Translations under genes and position numbers: made by a program | In this document: positions 1-8,532 of the stretch, piece by piece | How positions within the stretch are numbered: position 1 is the first letter of the stretch | Layout: each line of letters begins with the position of its first letter | Notes under the pieces: model-generated | Told to the model about the DNA's origin: nothing | The model's database searches: none | What the model saw: only the letters and a program-made list of their open reading frames with translations | Assembly: GCA_016297845.1 (NCBI GenBank) | Contig: JAEDFV010000001.1 | Location: 80 to 64,079 of the forward strand | Length of the DNA stretch: 64,000 bases | Origin: Clostridia bacterium | GTDB lineage: Bacteria; Bacillota; Clostridia; Christensenellales; UBA1242 | Reading direction: 5' to 3'

Positions 1-5
1 TGCAC

Positions 6-81
6 TGGTCGGGGTGAAGAGACTCGAACTCCCGGCCCCATGGTCCCAAACCACGTGCGCTACCAACTGCGCTACACCCCG
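6..81 (-). tRNA. tRNA-Pro (anticodon UGG), 76 nt with encoded CCA
   Basis: The reverse complement reads CGGGGTG-TA-GCGC-AGTTGGTA-GCGC-A-CGTGG-TTTGGGA-CCATG-GGGCC-GGGAG-TTCGAGT-CTCTT-CACCCCG-A-CCA. It has a 7-bp acceptor stem, a full cloverleaf, a TTCGAGT T-loop and the anticodon loop UU-UGG-GA. Confidence 0.9.
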
Positions 82-99
82 TTACATAACAGCAAGTGT

Positions 100-128
100 A
101 TGATACACTATTTTTTAATTTGTGTCAA
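100..128 (-). promoter_or_regulatory. sigma-A type promoter for tRNA-Pro
   Basis: Minus strand: TTGACA (128..123), 17 nt, TATCAT (105..100). The -10 box ends 18 nt upstream of the mature tRNA 5' end, and an A-rich tract lies upstream of the -35 box. Confidence 0.55.
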
Positions 129-151
129 CAATTTTTCATAAAAATTTCATG

Positions 152-1366
152 TTATTTTTCTTCAATCAAATCCAAAGCAAGAAGTTTAATCTGCTCATAA
201 GTTAACCCGCCCTGGAAATATGCAATATATGGGGGTTTAACAGGACCATCACAAGAAAGTTCAATGGAAGCGCCTGAAACAAAAGTTCCCGCCGCCATTA
301 TAACAGGGTCAGTATAACCAGGCATGTCCCAAGGCATTGGAACAACATGGCTGTCAATTGGAGAAAATTTTTGAATTTTTTGAACAAAAGACACCATTTC
401 ATCTGCGGAGTTTAGTTTAATAGATTTTATTATATCTCCTGCATTTTCGTCAGATGATGGCATGATTTCTGCGCCTTTTGACTTCATAACTTCGCCAATT
501 AAGTAGCAACCTTTTATTGCTTCTTTAACAACATGTGGAGCCAAGAAAAAGCCTTGGAAGAACTCACGATATCCGCGTTCATATGAACCAACTTCGGTTT
601 TTAAAGATGGAGATGTAAGACGCGTTGAAACAAGGTCAATTGCCTTTTCTGACCCAGCCAAATATGCACCAGTTGAAGCAAGTCCACCACCTGGGTTTTT
701 AATAAGCGAACCAACAATTAAATCTGCTCCAACATCTGTTGGTTCAAGTTTTTCAACAAATTCCCCATAACAATTGTCAACAACAACAAAACTGTTTGGG
801 CTTTCTCTTTTTGATATTTGGACAATTTTTTCTATCTCAGAAATTGAAAGTGCATTTCTCCACGCATATCCCCTTGAACGTTGAAGATAAACCATTTTAG
901 GTTTCAAATTCTTAATTTGCTTTTCAATTTCTTCATAATTTAATCTTCCATCTTGAAAGTCAATTTGTTTAAAATGAACACCAAAATCTTTCAAACTTCC
1001 TGTGTCTTCATCTGTTCCAAAAATTGTTTCATCAAGTGTGTCATATGGTTTACCAGTTACAGACAACATTATATCACCAGGTCTTAAAATGCCAAATAAA
1101 GCAATAGTAAGTGCATGCGAACCACAAGTTATGTTTGGAGAAACGATTGCTTTTTCAGCACCGAATGTTTTTGCAAAAACTCTTCCAAGAACCTCACGCC
1201 CTTGGTCATCATAACCATAGCCACTTGTACCGTAAAAATGATTTACGCTAACTTTGTTTTCTTGAAAAGCTTTCAAAACTTTTTTTTGATTGTATAAAGC
1301 AATTTCATCAAGTCTTTCAAACATTGTTTCAAGTTTTTTTTCATATTGTTTTATATCAGCATTCAT
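152..1366 (-). CDS. ynbB: Methionine gamma-lyase family / aluminium-resistance (YnbB-like) PLP-dependent protein, 404 aa
   Basis: Full-length ORF. The N-terminal block ...FYGTSGYGYDDQGREVLGRVFAKTFGAEKAIVSPNITCGSHAL... is typical of the YnbB/Alr family. The synteny matches Bacillus (mutS-mutL-miaA-...-ynbB). The start overlaps the miaA stop by 11 nt. Stop codon is TAA. Confidence 0.8.
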   Translation of the reverse strand: MNADIKQYEKKLETMFERLDEIALYNQKKVLKAFQENKVSVNHFYGTSGYGYDDQGREVLGRVFAKTFGAEKAIVSPNITCGSHALTIALFGILRPGDIMLSVTGKPYDTLDETIFGTDEDTGSLKDFGVHFKQIDFQDGRLNYEEIEKQIKNLKPKMVYLQRSRGYAWRNALSISEIEKIVQISKRESPNSFVVVDNCYGEFVEKLEPTDVGADLIVGSLIKNPGGGLASTGAYLAGSEKAIDLVSTRLTSPSLKTEVGSYERGYREFFQGFFLAPHVVKEAIKGCYLIGEVMKSKGAEIMPSSDENAGDIIKSIKLNSADEMVSFVQKIQKFSPIDSHVVPMPWDMPGYTDPVIMAAGTFVSGASIELSCDGPVKPPYIAYFQGGLTYEQIKLLALDLIEEK

Positions 1367-2246
1367 TTAACACCTCTAAAATTTTTTGCGTTGCACAACT
1401 TGCATCTACCCAAATTAAGTCTTTCATACCTCTCATGAAAGTAAGTTGTCTCTTTGCATAATTTCTTGTTTTTCGTTTTATAAGTTCTTTTATTTCATCA
1501 ACTGAATTTCCATTTTCTAAGCCTGAAATAACTTCCTTATAACCAATTCCTTGCATGCTTTGTGCATCTTTTTTTACGCCACTATCCATGAGTTTTTTAA
1601 CTTCTTCAATGAGACCATCATTAAACATTTTTTCTGTTCTTTTGTTTATGTTGTCGTAAATTTTTTCTCGCTCTGCACTAAGTCCAAAAATTATATATTG
1701 ATAATTATCTTCTTTTTCATTTACAATTTCTTTTTTGTTTTCTTCAATTTCAAGTGCTCTTATAACCCGTTTTGTGTCATTTTTTTCTATCTTTTCAGCA
1801 CGACTAGGATTTTTTTCTTTTAAGAGATTGTATAAAAAATCTTTTCCTTTTTCTTTCAAAACAATTTCATATTTCTTTCTGATTTCGTCGCTCTTTCCCG
1901 CATTTCCAAAATCAAAATTATTTTTCAATGCATTTATATATAGTCCAGTTCCACCAACAATTATTGGAACTTTTTTCCTTGAAATAATATCCTTTATTTT
2001 CTCTCTTGCCAAAACGACATAATCTCCAACACTAAATTGGTCACTAGGTTCAATTATATCAATCAAATGATGCTTGATTCCGTCCATTTCATCACAACTG
2101 ATTTTAGCAGTTCCAACATCAAGTCCCTTGTATATTTGCATACTGTCGCATGAAATAATTTCACCGTTTAATTCTTTTGCCAAATTAACTGCGGTTTTAG
2201 ATTTTCCTATTCCTGTTGGACCAAAAATTACAATTACTTTTTCCAT
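1356..2246 (-). CDS. miaA: tRNA dimethylallyltransferase MiaA, 296 aa
   Basis: N-terminal P-loop VIFGPTGIGKS, SCDSMQIYKGLDVGTAK and GGTGLY motifs. It lies directly downstream of mutL. Stop codon is TGA. Confidence 0.93.
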   Translation of the reverse strand: MEKVIVIFGPTGIGKSKTAVNLAKELNGEIISCDSMQIYKGLDVGTAKISCDEMDGIKHHLIDIIEPSDQFSVGDYVVLAREKIKDIISRKKVPIIVGGTGLYINALKNNFDFGNAGKSDEIRKKYEIVLKEKGKDFLYNLLKEKNPSRAEKIEKNDTKRVIRALEIEENKKEIVNEKEDNYQYIIFGLSAEREKIYDNINKRTEKMFNDGLIEEVKKLMDSGVKKDAQSMQGIGYKEVISGLENGNSVDEIKELIKRKTRNYAKRQLTFMRGMKDLIWVDASCATQKILEVLNEC

Positions 2247-2248
2247 AT

Positions 2249-4099
2249 TTAAACAATTCTTTTAAACCATTTTTCAATTTCTGTTTTTGAAAATTGAAGG
2301 ACAATTGGTCTGCCATGTGGACAAAGAAGTACATTTCCATTTTCCTTAAAGGAATCTAATAGAAAATTTATTTCACTGTCAGAAAGTTTGTCCCCTGCTT
2401 TAATTGCTGACCTGCAAGCTTGTTTTGCAATTTTTTCTTTAAAGAAATCAACAAATTTTTTTTGAACTTCGTTTATGTCAGACAAAATGTTTTCAAAAAA
2501 ATCTTTCAAATTTATTTCACTTAGCAAAACAGGAACAGCAGAAATCTTGAAAGAATTTTCGCCAAATTCAGATATATCAATTCCATATTCTCGGAAAAGT
2601 TCCAAATTATTTTCTAAAAATTCCGTTTCCTTCAAATTTGTATTAAATACATAAGGGAAAAGCAAATCTTGACAAGCGAGATTGTTTCCTTTTATTTGTT
2701 TTGTAAACTTATCATAAAGTTGTCTTTCATGCCCTGCGTGTTGGTCAATAATTAATAATGAATCACCTTTTTCGCAAAGTATATATGTGTTAAACAAAAC
2801 ACCAATAATATGATAATCTTCAAACAAAATTTTGTTTTTGTTTTCAACGATTTCTCTGTTTAAACTTTCAACTTTCGTATCATTTGCTGGAACAATAACT
2901 TCTTCTAGTTTTATTTGTGAAATCTCAACCTTGGATTTTTCATTGTTTTCTTTTATTTTTTCATTCAAAATATCAACCAGAGGACTATATTCACTTTTGA
3001 AACAATTTTTTTCTTTTTGTCCGTTCATGATTGTTTCAAGCAAACTTTTTGTGTCAAAAACTGGTTCTCTTACACTGTTCTCTTTTTGTATTTCTGCAGT
3101 TTTGTCTTGCACATAATTTGCTTCAGAAACAGCTTTAAATATTGCAGTGTTAACAATGCCATATATCCTATTCGGATTTTCAAATTTAACTTCCTGTTTT
3201 GAAGGATGAACATTAACATCAACACTTTCAAATGGCAAATTAATATTAAGAGCAAACAGAGGAAATTTTCCTTTCATTATGTAGTTTTCAACTGCATCTT
3301 GTACAGCAGATGAAATCATATAATTTGAAACAACTCTCCCATTTACAAAGATAGTTTGATATGTTCTGTTTGCTTTGCAAAGCGTAGGACGAGCAATAAA
3401 TCCATAAACTGAGACATCATTACTATCATATTTTACTTCCAAAAGGTTATCATAAACTTCTTTTCCATATATTATATACATTGCCTCTGCAAGACCATTT
3501 CCAAACGTGTTGTAAATAATTTTATCATCAACAATATATCGAAAAGAAATTTGAGGATTTGCTAAGATAAATTTAGCCATTAAATTAGTTATTTCACCTT
3601 CTTCGGATTTTGGTTTTTTCAAAAACTTTAATCGAGCAGGAGTGTTAAAAAACAAATCTGAAACAATAATTTTAGTCCCGTTGTCAAAACCAATTTCTTT
3701 CTTATTGCCGTATTTCCCACCTTCAATTTTAAGATTCATTCCAAATTCGTTATTTTCAGTTTTTGAAATCAATTCAACTCGACTCACTGATGCTATGCTG
3801 GCAAGTGCTTCTCCGCGAAAACCGAGAGAGGAAATTGTTTCAAGGTCTTTTGCATCTTTTATTTTGCTTGTCGCATGTGGCAAAAACGCACTCTCAATAT
3901 CTTCTGGTTCAATTCCACAACCATTGTCAGTTACCACTATTTTCTTTATTCCACCATCAAAAACTTCAACGGTTATTTTTGTTGCCCCGCCATCTATACT
4001 GTTTTCAACAAGTTCTTTAACCACACTTGCTGGTCTTTCAACAACTTCACCAGCAGAAATTTTATTGTAAATTTCACTTGGCAAAACATTAATTTTCAT
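2249..4099 (-). CDS. mutL: DNA mismatch repair protein MutL, 616 aa
   Basis: GHKL ATPase N-terminus (ISAGEVVERPASVVKELVENSIDGGATKI, DNGCGI). C-terminal endonuclease block DQHAGHERQLYD. SD GAGGA lies upstream. It follows mutS. Confidence 0.95.
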   Translation of the reverse strand: MKINVLPSEIYNKISAGEVVERPASVVKELVENSIDGGATKITVEVFDGGIKKIVVTDNGCGIEPEDIESAFLPHATSKIKDAKDLETISSLGFRGEALASIASVSRVELISKTENNEFGMNLKIEGGKYGNKKEIGFDNGTKIIVSDLFFNTPARLKFLKKPKSEEGEITNLMAKFILANPQISFRYIVDDKIIYNTFGNGLAEAMYIIYGKEVYDNLLEVKYDSNDVSVYGFIARPTLCKANRTYQTIFVNGRVVSNYMISSAVQDAVENYIMKGKFPLFALNINLPFESVDVNVHPSKQEVKFENPNRIYGIVNTAIFKAVSEANYVQDKTAEIQKENSVREPVFDTKSLLETIMNGQKEKNCFKSEYSPLVDILNEKIKENNEKSKVEISQIKLEEVIVPANDTKVESLNREIVENKNKILFEDYHIIGVLFNTYILCEKGDSLLIIDQHAGHERQLYDKFTKQIKGNNLACQDLLFPYVFNTNLKETEFLENNLELFREYGIDISEFGENSFKISAVPVLLSEINLKDFFENILSDINEVQKKFVDFFKEKIAKQACRSAIKAGDKLSDSEINFLLDSFKENGNVLLCPHGRPIVLQFSKTEIEKWFKRIV

Positions 4100-4106
4100 T
4101 TCTTCC

Positions 4107-6695
4107 TCACTTAACTTTTTCTATTAAATCGTTTAATATCTCAAAAGCATGCACTGGCGAAACAGAATTTATATCTATATCTTTTAACATATCAATAATT
4201 TCTTTACTTTTTTCATCATACGAATCGTTTTGATTCGTTTCTTTTATTTTATTGTTTATATCCGCCAATTCCAAACTCTTGCTAATTTCTTTTGCTCTTT
4301 CAATAACTTGACAAGGAAGCCCAGCAAGTTTTGCAACAGCAATTCCAAAGCTTTTGTTTGCTCCGCCACGCGCAATTTTTCTCAAGAAAATCACTTCATC
4401 ATTAAATTCTTTTACAGTTATTCTATAGTTCTTAACACCTGGAAGAACATTTTCAAGTTCTGTAAGTTCATGATAATGTGTAGAAAAGAGCGTCTTCATT
4501 TTCATGTTCTTGCTTATATGTTCCATGACTGCCCACGCAATGCTAAGCCCATCAAAAGTTGAAGTCCCTCGCCCAATTTCGTCAAGAAGTGCAAGACTTC
4601 GTTCTGTTGCGTTCTTTAAAATATTTGCAACTTCAACCATTTCAACCATGAATGTTGATTGTCCAAAAGCAACATCATCACTCGCACCAATTCGTGTGAA
4701 TATTTTGTCTGTTATAGAAATTTCTGCAGATTTTGCTGGAACAAATAATCCAACATGAGCCATGAGCACAATGAGTGCAACTTGACGCATATAGGTGCTT
4801 TTCCCAGCCATATTAGGCCCAGTTATAATCATTGCTCTGTCAGTATCACAATCCAAATATGTATCATTAGCAACAAATGTTTCGTTTCGATTTATTTCTT
4901 CAACAACTGGGTGTCTTCCAGCTTCAATCTTAATATGATTGATTTTTTTACTTATTATAGGTTTGCAATAGTTATTCTTGACAGCAAGAATTGAGCCACT
5001 TAATAAACAATCAAGTTCAGCCAAAATTTTAGACACATTTTGAATTCTCTTTATATTATCTAAAAGAAATTCACGAATTTTCCCAAAAAGTTCAATTTCA
5101 AGTTTTTGAGCATTTTCTTTTGCATTTTCAACTTTTTCTTCAATCATTTTGAGTTCTTCTGTTATATATCTCTCATTGTTTGCAACAGTTTGTTTTCGTT
5201 GATATCTGTATGGAACCATTCCAGAGAGAGATTTATTAACTTCAATAAAAAACCCAAAAACTTTGTTATATGACACTCTTAAATTTTTTATGCCAGTCAA
5301 TTCTCTTTCTTTTGCTTCAAGTTCAGATAGCCATGACGTTGCCATTTCTTTCGCATTTTTATAGTCGTCAAGTTCTTTACTATACCCTGCTTTAATTACA
5401 TCTCCGTCACGAACTAATGCTGGAGCGTCTTCAGAAATTGTTTTTTCCAAAAGGTCATGGATATCATTTAATTCATCAAAGTTTTTTCCAAAGCCTTTCA
5501 ATTTCTTGCAATTAAAATTTTCCAAAAGTTTGTGTAAACTTGGAAGCTGTGAAGCAGTTGTTTTAAGAGATAAAGCATCTTTTGGATTAAAGTTTCCATA
5601 TGCAATTCGCCCAGCAATTCGTTCAATATCAGAAATGTTTTGTAATAGTTTTTTCATTTCTTCACGAACAATCATATTTTTTGTTATCTCTTCAACTGCA
5701 TCAAGTCTGTCATTAATTTCTATCTCATTTTGTAAAGGACTTGATAACCAATTTCGAAGAAGTCTTCCACCCATACACGTTGAAGTGTGGTCAATGACAG
5801 AAAGAAGCGAGCCACGTTTTTTATGGTCTCGAATTGTTTCTGTAATCTCCAAATTGCGTCTTGTCGCATTGTCAATCTGAAGAAAATTATTTGGAGATAA
5901 AACCCTAATTTCGTTGATTTGTTCCAATCCTCTTTTTTGAGTTTCTTTCATATAAGAAACGAGAGCTCCTCCAGCAACAACACCAACACTTAAATATGAA
6001 ATGTCACTTTCATTATAATTTTCTTTGAACTGTCCTTTCAAAAGTTGTTTTGCTCTTATTTCGTCAATTTGATTGTCATCAAACTTTCCAATGTAACTTA
6101 CATTTCTTGCTTTAAGAAATGTCAAATTGCCAATTTGTTGCAATCCATTTTCGTTACAAAAAATTTCCGATGGCAAAATACTTGTTAATATAGAATCCAA
6201 AGTTTCAAGCGCTTTGTTTTTTTCTCCTTCAATCTCTTGAATATTAAACTCGCCAGTCGACACATCGCAACACGCAATTCCTATCTTGAATTCGTCTGAA
6301 CCATTAATATCCAAACAGACAATATAGTTATTTTTCAGTTTGTCAAGCATTGTTTCGTCCATTAAAATACCAGGCGTAACAACACGAACAACATCACGTT
6401 TTACAAGTTGTCCTTTCTTTGGCTCAGTAAGTTGTTCACATATTGCAACTTTGTAACCATTTTCAACAAGTTTTGCCAAATATTGGTCAACTGCATGGAA
6501 AGGGACTCCGCACATTGGAGCTCTTTGTTCAAGTCCACAACTTTTGCCCGTTAATGTCAAATCCAAAACTTTTGATGCTTCAACTGCATCTTCAAAAAAC
6601 ATTTCATAAAAATCGCCTAATCTATAAAAGATTATGCAATCTGGATATTTTTCTTTAATTTCAAGATAATGTTTCATCATTTCAGTTAGCGCCAT
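4107..6695 (-). CDS. mutS: DNA mismatch repair protein MutS, 862 aa
   Basis: N-terminal mismatch-binding motif (TEMMKHYLEIKEKYPDCIIFYRLGDFYEMFFEDA), Walker A GPNMAGKSTYMRQ, and STHYHEL. SD AGGAGA lies 5 nt upstream of the ATG. Stop codon is TGA. Confidence 0.96.
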   Translation of the reverse strand: MALTEMMKHYLEIKEKYPDCIIFYRLGDFYEMFFEDAVEASKVLDLTLTGKSCGLEQRAPMCGVPFHAVDQYLAKLVENGYKVAICEQLTEPKKGQLVKRDVVRVVTPGILMDETMLDKLKNNYIVCLDINGSDEFKIGIACCDVSTGEFNIQEIEGEKNKALETLDSILTSILPSEIFCNENGLQQIGNLTFLKARNVSYIGKFDDNQIDEIRAKQLLKGQFKENYNESDISYLSVGVVAGGALVSYMKETQKRGLEQINEIRVLSPNNFLQIDNATRRNLEITETIRDHKKRGSLLSVIDHTSTCMGGRLLRNWLSSPLQNEIEINDRLDAVEEITKNMIVREEMKKLLQNISDIERIAGRIAYGNFNPKDALSLKTTASQLPSLHKLLENFNCKKLKGFGKNFDELNDIHDLLEKTISEDAPALVRDGDVIKAGYSKELDDYKNAKEMATSWLSELEAKERELTGIKNLRVSYNKVFGFFIEVNKSLSGMVPYRYQRKQTVANNERYITEELKMIEEKVENAKENAQKLEIELFGKIREFLLDNIKRIQNVSKILAELDCLLSGSILAVKNNYCKPIISKKINHIKIEAGRHPVVEEINRNETFVANDTYLDCDTDRAMIITGPNMAGKSTYMRQVALIVLMAHVGLFVPAKSAEISITDKIFTRIGASDDVAFGQSTFMVEMVEVANILKNATERSLALLDEIGRGTSTFDGLSIAWAVMEHISKNMKMKTLFSTHYHELTELENVLPGVKNYRITVKEFNDEVIFLRKIARGGANKSFGIAVAKLAGLPCQVIERAKEISKSLELADINNKIKETNQNDSYDEKSKEIIDMLKDIDINSVSPVHAFEILNDLIEKVK

Positions 6696-6719
6696 GATTT
6701 TCTCCTATGTACCTTAGTG

Positions 6720-6747
6720 ATTTTATCATAAAACAAAAAGTTTTCAA
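6720..6747 (-). promoter_or_regulatory. candidate sigma-A promoter for mutS-mutL-miaA-ynbB
   Basis: Minus strand: TTGAAA (6747..6742), 16 nt, TAAAAT (6725..6720), preceded by TGa (extended -10). It sits about 25 nt upstream of the mutS SD. Confidence 0.4.
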
Positions 6748-6772
6748 AAAAAACAAAGCATATTGCTTTGTA
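6744..6772 (-). terminator. intrinsic terminator after the 153-aa ORF
   Basis: Minus-strand hairpin CAAAGCA-ATA-TGCTTTG (6770..6754), followed by an 8-U tract. Confidence 0.6.
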
Positions 6773-6781
6773 TTTTCATAA

Positions 6782-7243
6782 TTAGATTTCTCTATCCATT
6801 TTGTCAACTCTAAGTTTAGTTGCAACTACAACTTTATCCATGTTTTCATCAAGTTTTTTTCTTTTAAGCACTGCTTTTGTTTCAAAAATCAATTTTTTGA
6901 TAGGACTAAAAACATATTCGTTAACAAAAGCTGTTCCAATTGTGCCAACACTTAAAACACTTTTTTGAATTTCAGGAGCAACTTGAGAATCTCCTATTGT
7001 CATTGCAAGTCCAGCAACAAAAGTGCCAACAGCAACAACACCTGCTGTAAGAATTGCACCCATCTTCAACTTTTTGTCGTTTTGAATGTCGCTTTCCAAA
7101 AATGAACATGGATATTGATATTTTTCAACATCTTCTTTAATTTTTGTGTTTTCACGTTCTAAGTCTGCAATTTTGCTGTTAATTTCTTTCGTTGACAATT
7201 TTTCAAATTCTTTTTTTAACATTTCTCTTTTTTTCGTATACAT
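6782..7243 (-). CDS. hypothetical membrane protein, 153 aa (N-terminal coiled-coil-like region, one or two hydrophobic helices)
   Basis: Intact ORF with SD GGAGAG upstream. Charged K/E-rich N-terminus, then GAILTAGVVAVGTFVAGLAMTIG. I recognise no family. Confidence 0.6.
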   Translation of the reverse strand: MYTKKREMLKKEFEKLSTKEINSKIADLERENTKIKEDVEKYQYPCSFLESDIQNDKKLKMGAILTAGVVAVGTFVAGLAMTIGDSQVAPEIQKSVLSVGTIGTAFVNEYVFSPIKKLIFETKAVLKRKKLDENMDKVVVATKLRVDKMDREI

Positions 7244-7274
7244 AATTCACTCTCCATAAATAATAGCAGTAATA

Positions 7275-7303
7275 TTTATATATGAAGAAAGAGGAAAAGT
7301 CAA
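7275..7303 (-). promoter_or_regulatory. candidate sigma-A promoter for the 153-aa ORF
   Basis: Minus strand: TTGACT (7303..7298), 17 nt, TATAAA (7280..7275). Confidence 0.4.
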
Positions 7304-7306
7304 TAC

Positions 7307-8449
7307 TTATTTTTTCATTTTTTTTTGAATTTCGAAAATTTTGTTAACTCTGTAATTCTTTGTTTCCAAAGGAATTTGGTCGTCCATCTTTTCTGCAACT
7401 GTTCCGTGTCTTGGAGAATACATAAAAGCAAAAATGCCGTCATATTTAACTTTTTTTATAAGGTCACATGTTGCCAAAAAATCCTCTTCTGTTTCCCCAG
7501 GAAATCCAACAATTAAATCAGTGGTTAGTCGAATGTTCGGAACAAGTTTTCTGATTTTTTCTACTTTCTCCAAATAGTTTTCAACTGTATATTTTCTATT
7601 CATTAGATGTAAAATTTTGTTTGAACCAGATTGAACTGGAAGATGCAACTCTTTTGCAATTTTTTCTTCGTTTGCAATCTCATTAATTACTTCATCATTT
7701 ATGTCTTTTGGGTGTGATGTCATAAATGCAAGCTCAAAATTTCCTTCAAGTTTGCATATATCTTTTAAAAGATTAGCAAATGTATAATCGGTATATTTAT
7801 CTTTTCCATATGAATTTACGTTTTGTCCAAGTAATGTAATTCTAATTTTTTCAACGGAATTTTCATTTTCTTTTAAAATATCTCTTATTTCATCTAATAT
7901 ATTTTCTTTATCTCTGCTTCTTTCACGTCCACGAACATAAGGAACAATACAGTATGAGCAGAAATTATTGCACCCATAAATTATATTAACCCAAAAATTT
8001 TTTCCACTTGTTCTTGCAATTGGAAGATTTTCAATTATGTAATCGTTTTCTTCAATTTCATTAATTCTTTTCTTTTTGTTATCTTGCCTGCATTTCAAAA
8101 TATCTTTTATGAAATTTTCAAATTTTTCAAGATTTTTTGTTCCAAAAATTATATCAATAAAAGGAAATGTTTTATATAGTTTTTCACTTTCTTCCTTTTG
8201 TTGAGTCATGCAACCACATACTGCAATTATCTTTTCAGGATGTTCTCGTTTAAGTTTTTTAAGTGCCCCAATGTTTCCAATTGCTCTGTCTTCTGCACCT
8301 TCGCGAATTGCACAAGTGTTAAACACAATTATGTCTGCGTCTTCAATTTTTTCGCATGGAAAAGCACCGAGGTTTTCCAAAGCCCCAGCAAGTTTTTCAG
8401 ATTCGTGGACATTCATTTGACATCCAAAAGTAGTAATAAAATATTTCAT
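7307..8449 (-). CDS. miaB: MiaB-like radical-SAM tRNA methylthiotransferase, 380 aa, apparently without a C-terminal TRAM domain
   Basis: The start is moved to the ATG at 8449 (MKYFITTFGCQMNVHESE..., the canonical MiaB/UPF0004 N-terminus). The track start at 8497 is a TTG extension that runs into the promoter. Radical-SAM cluster motif GCNNFCSYCIVPYVRGRERSR. The protein ends (...RVNKIFEIQKKMKK) where TRAM normally begins. Confidence 0.85.
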   Translation of the reverse strand: MKYFITTFGCQMNVHESEKLAGALENLGAFPCEKIEDADIIVFNTCAIREGAEDRAIGNIGALKKLKREHPEKIIAVCGCMTQQKEESEKLYKTFPFIDIIFGTKNLEKFENFIKDILKCRQDNKKKRINEIEENDYIIENLPIARTSGKNFWVNIIYGCNNFCSYCIVPYVRGRERSRDKENILDEIRDILKENENSVEKIRITLLGQNVNSYGKDKYTDYTFANLLKDICKLEGNFELAFMTSHPKDINDEVINEIANEEKIAKELHLPVQSGSNKILHLMNRKYTVENYLEKVEKIRKLVPNIRLTTDLIVGFPGETEEDFLATCDLIKKVKYDGIFAFMYSPRHGTVAEKMDDQIPLETKNYRVNKIFEIQKKMKK

Positions 8450-8456
8450 AGTTTGG

Positions 8457-8485
8457 ATTATACATTCTTTTGTCGAAAAAAACAA
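8457..8485 (-). promoter_or_regulatory. candidate promoter directly abutting the miaB-like ATG (leaderless configuration)
   Basis: Minus strand: TTGTTT (8485..8480), 17 nt, TATAAT (8462..8457), then only 7 nt (ccaaact) before the ATG. There is no SD. It lies between the rpoC terminator and the start codon. Confidence 0.4.
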
Positions 8486-8493
8486 GAAGAACA

Positions 8494-8526
8494 ACAAAAA
8501 AACACACTGAAAATTTCAATGTGTTT
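8494..8526 (-). terminator. intrinsic terminator after rpoC
   Basis: Minus-strand hairpin ACACAUUG-loop-CAGUGUGU (8524..8502), followed by UUUUUUG. The single non-Watson-Crick position is G-U on the minus strand but A-C on the plus strand. Confidence 0.65.
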
Positions 8527-8532
8527 TTCTTA

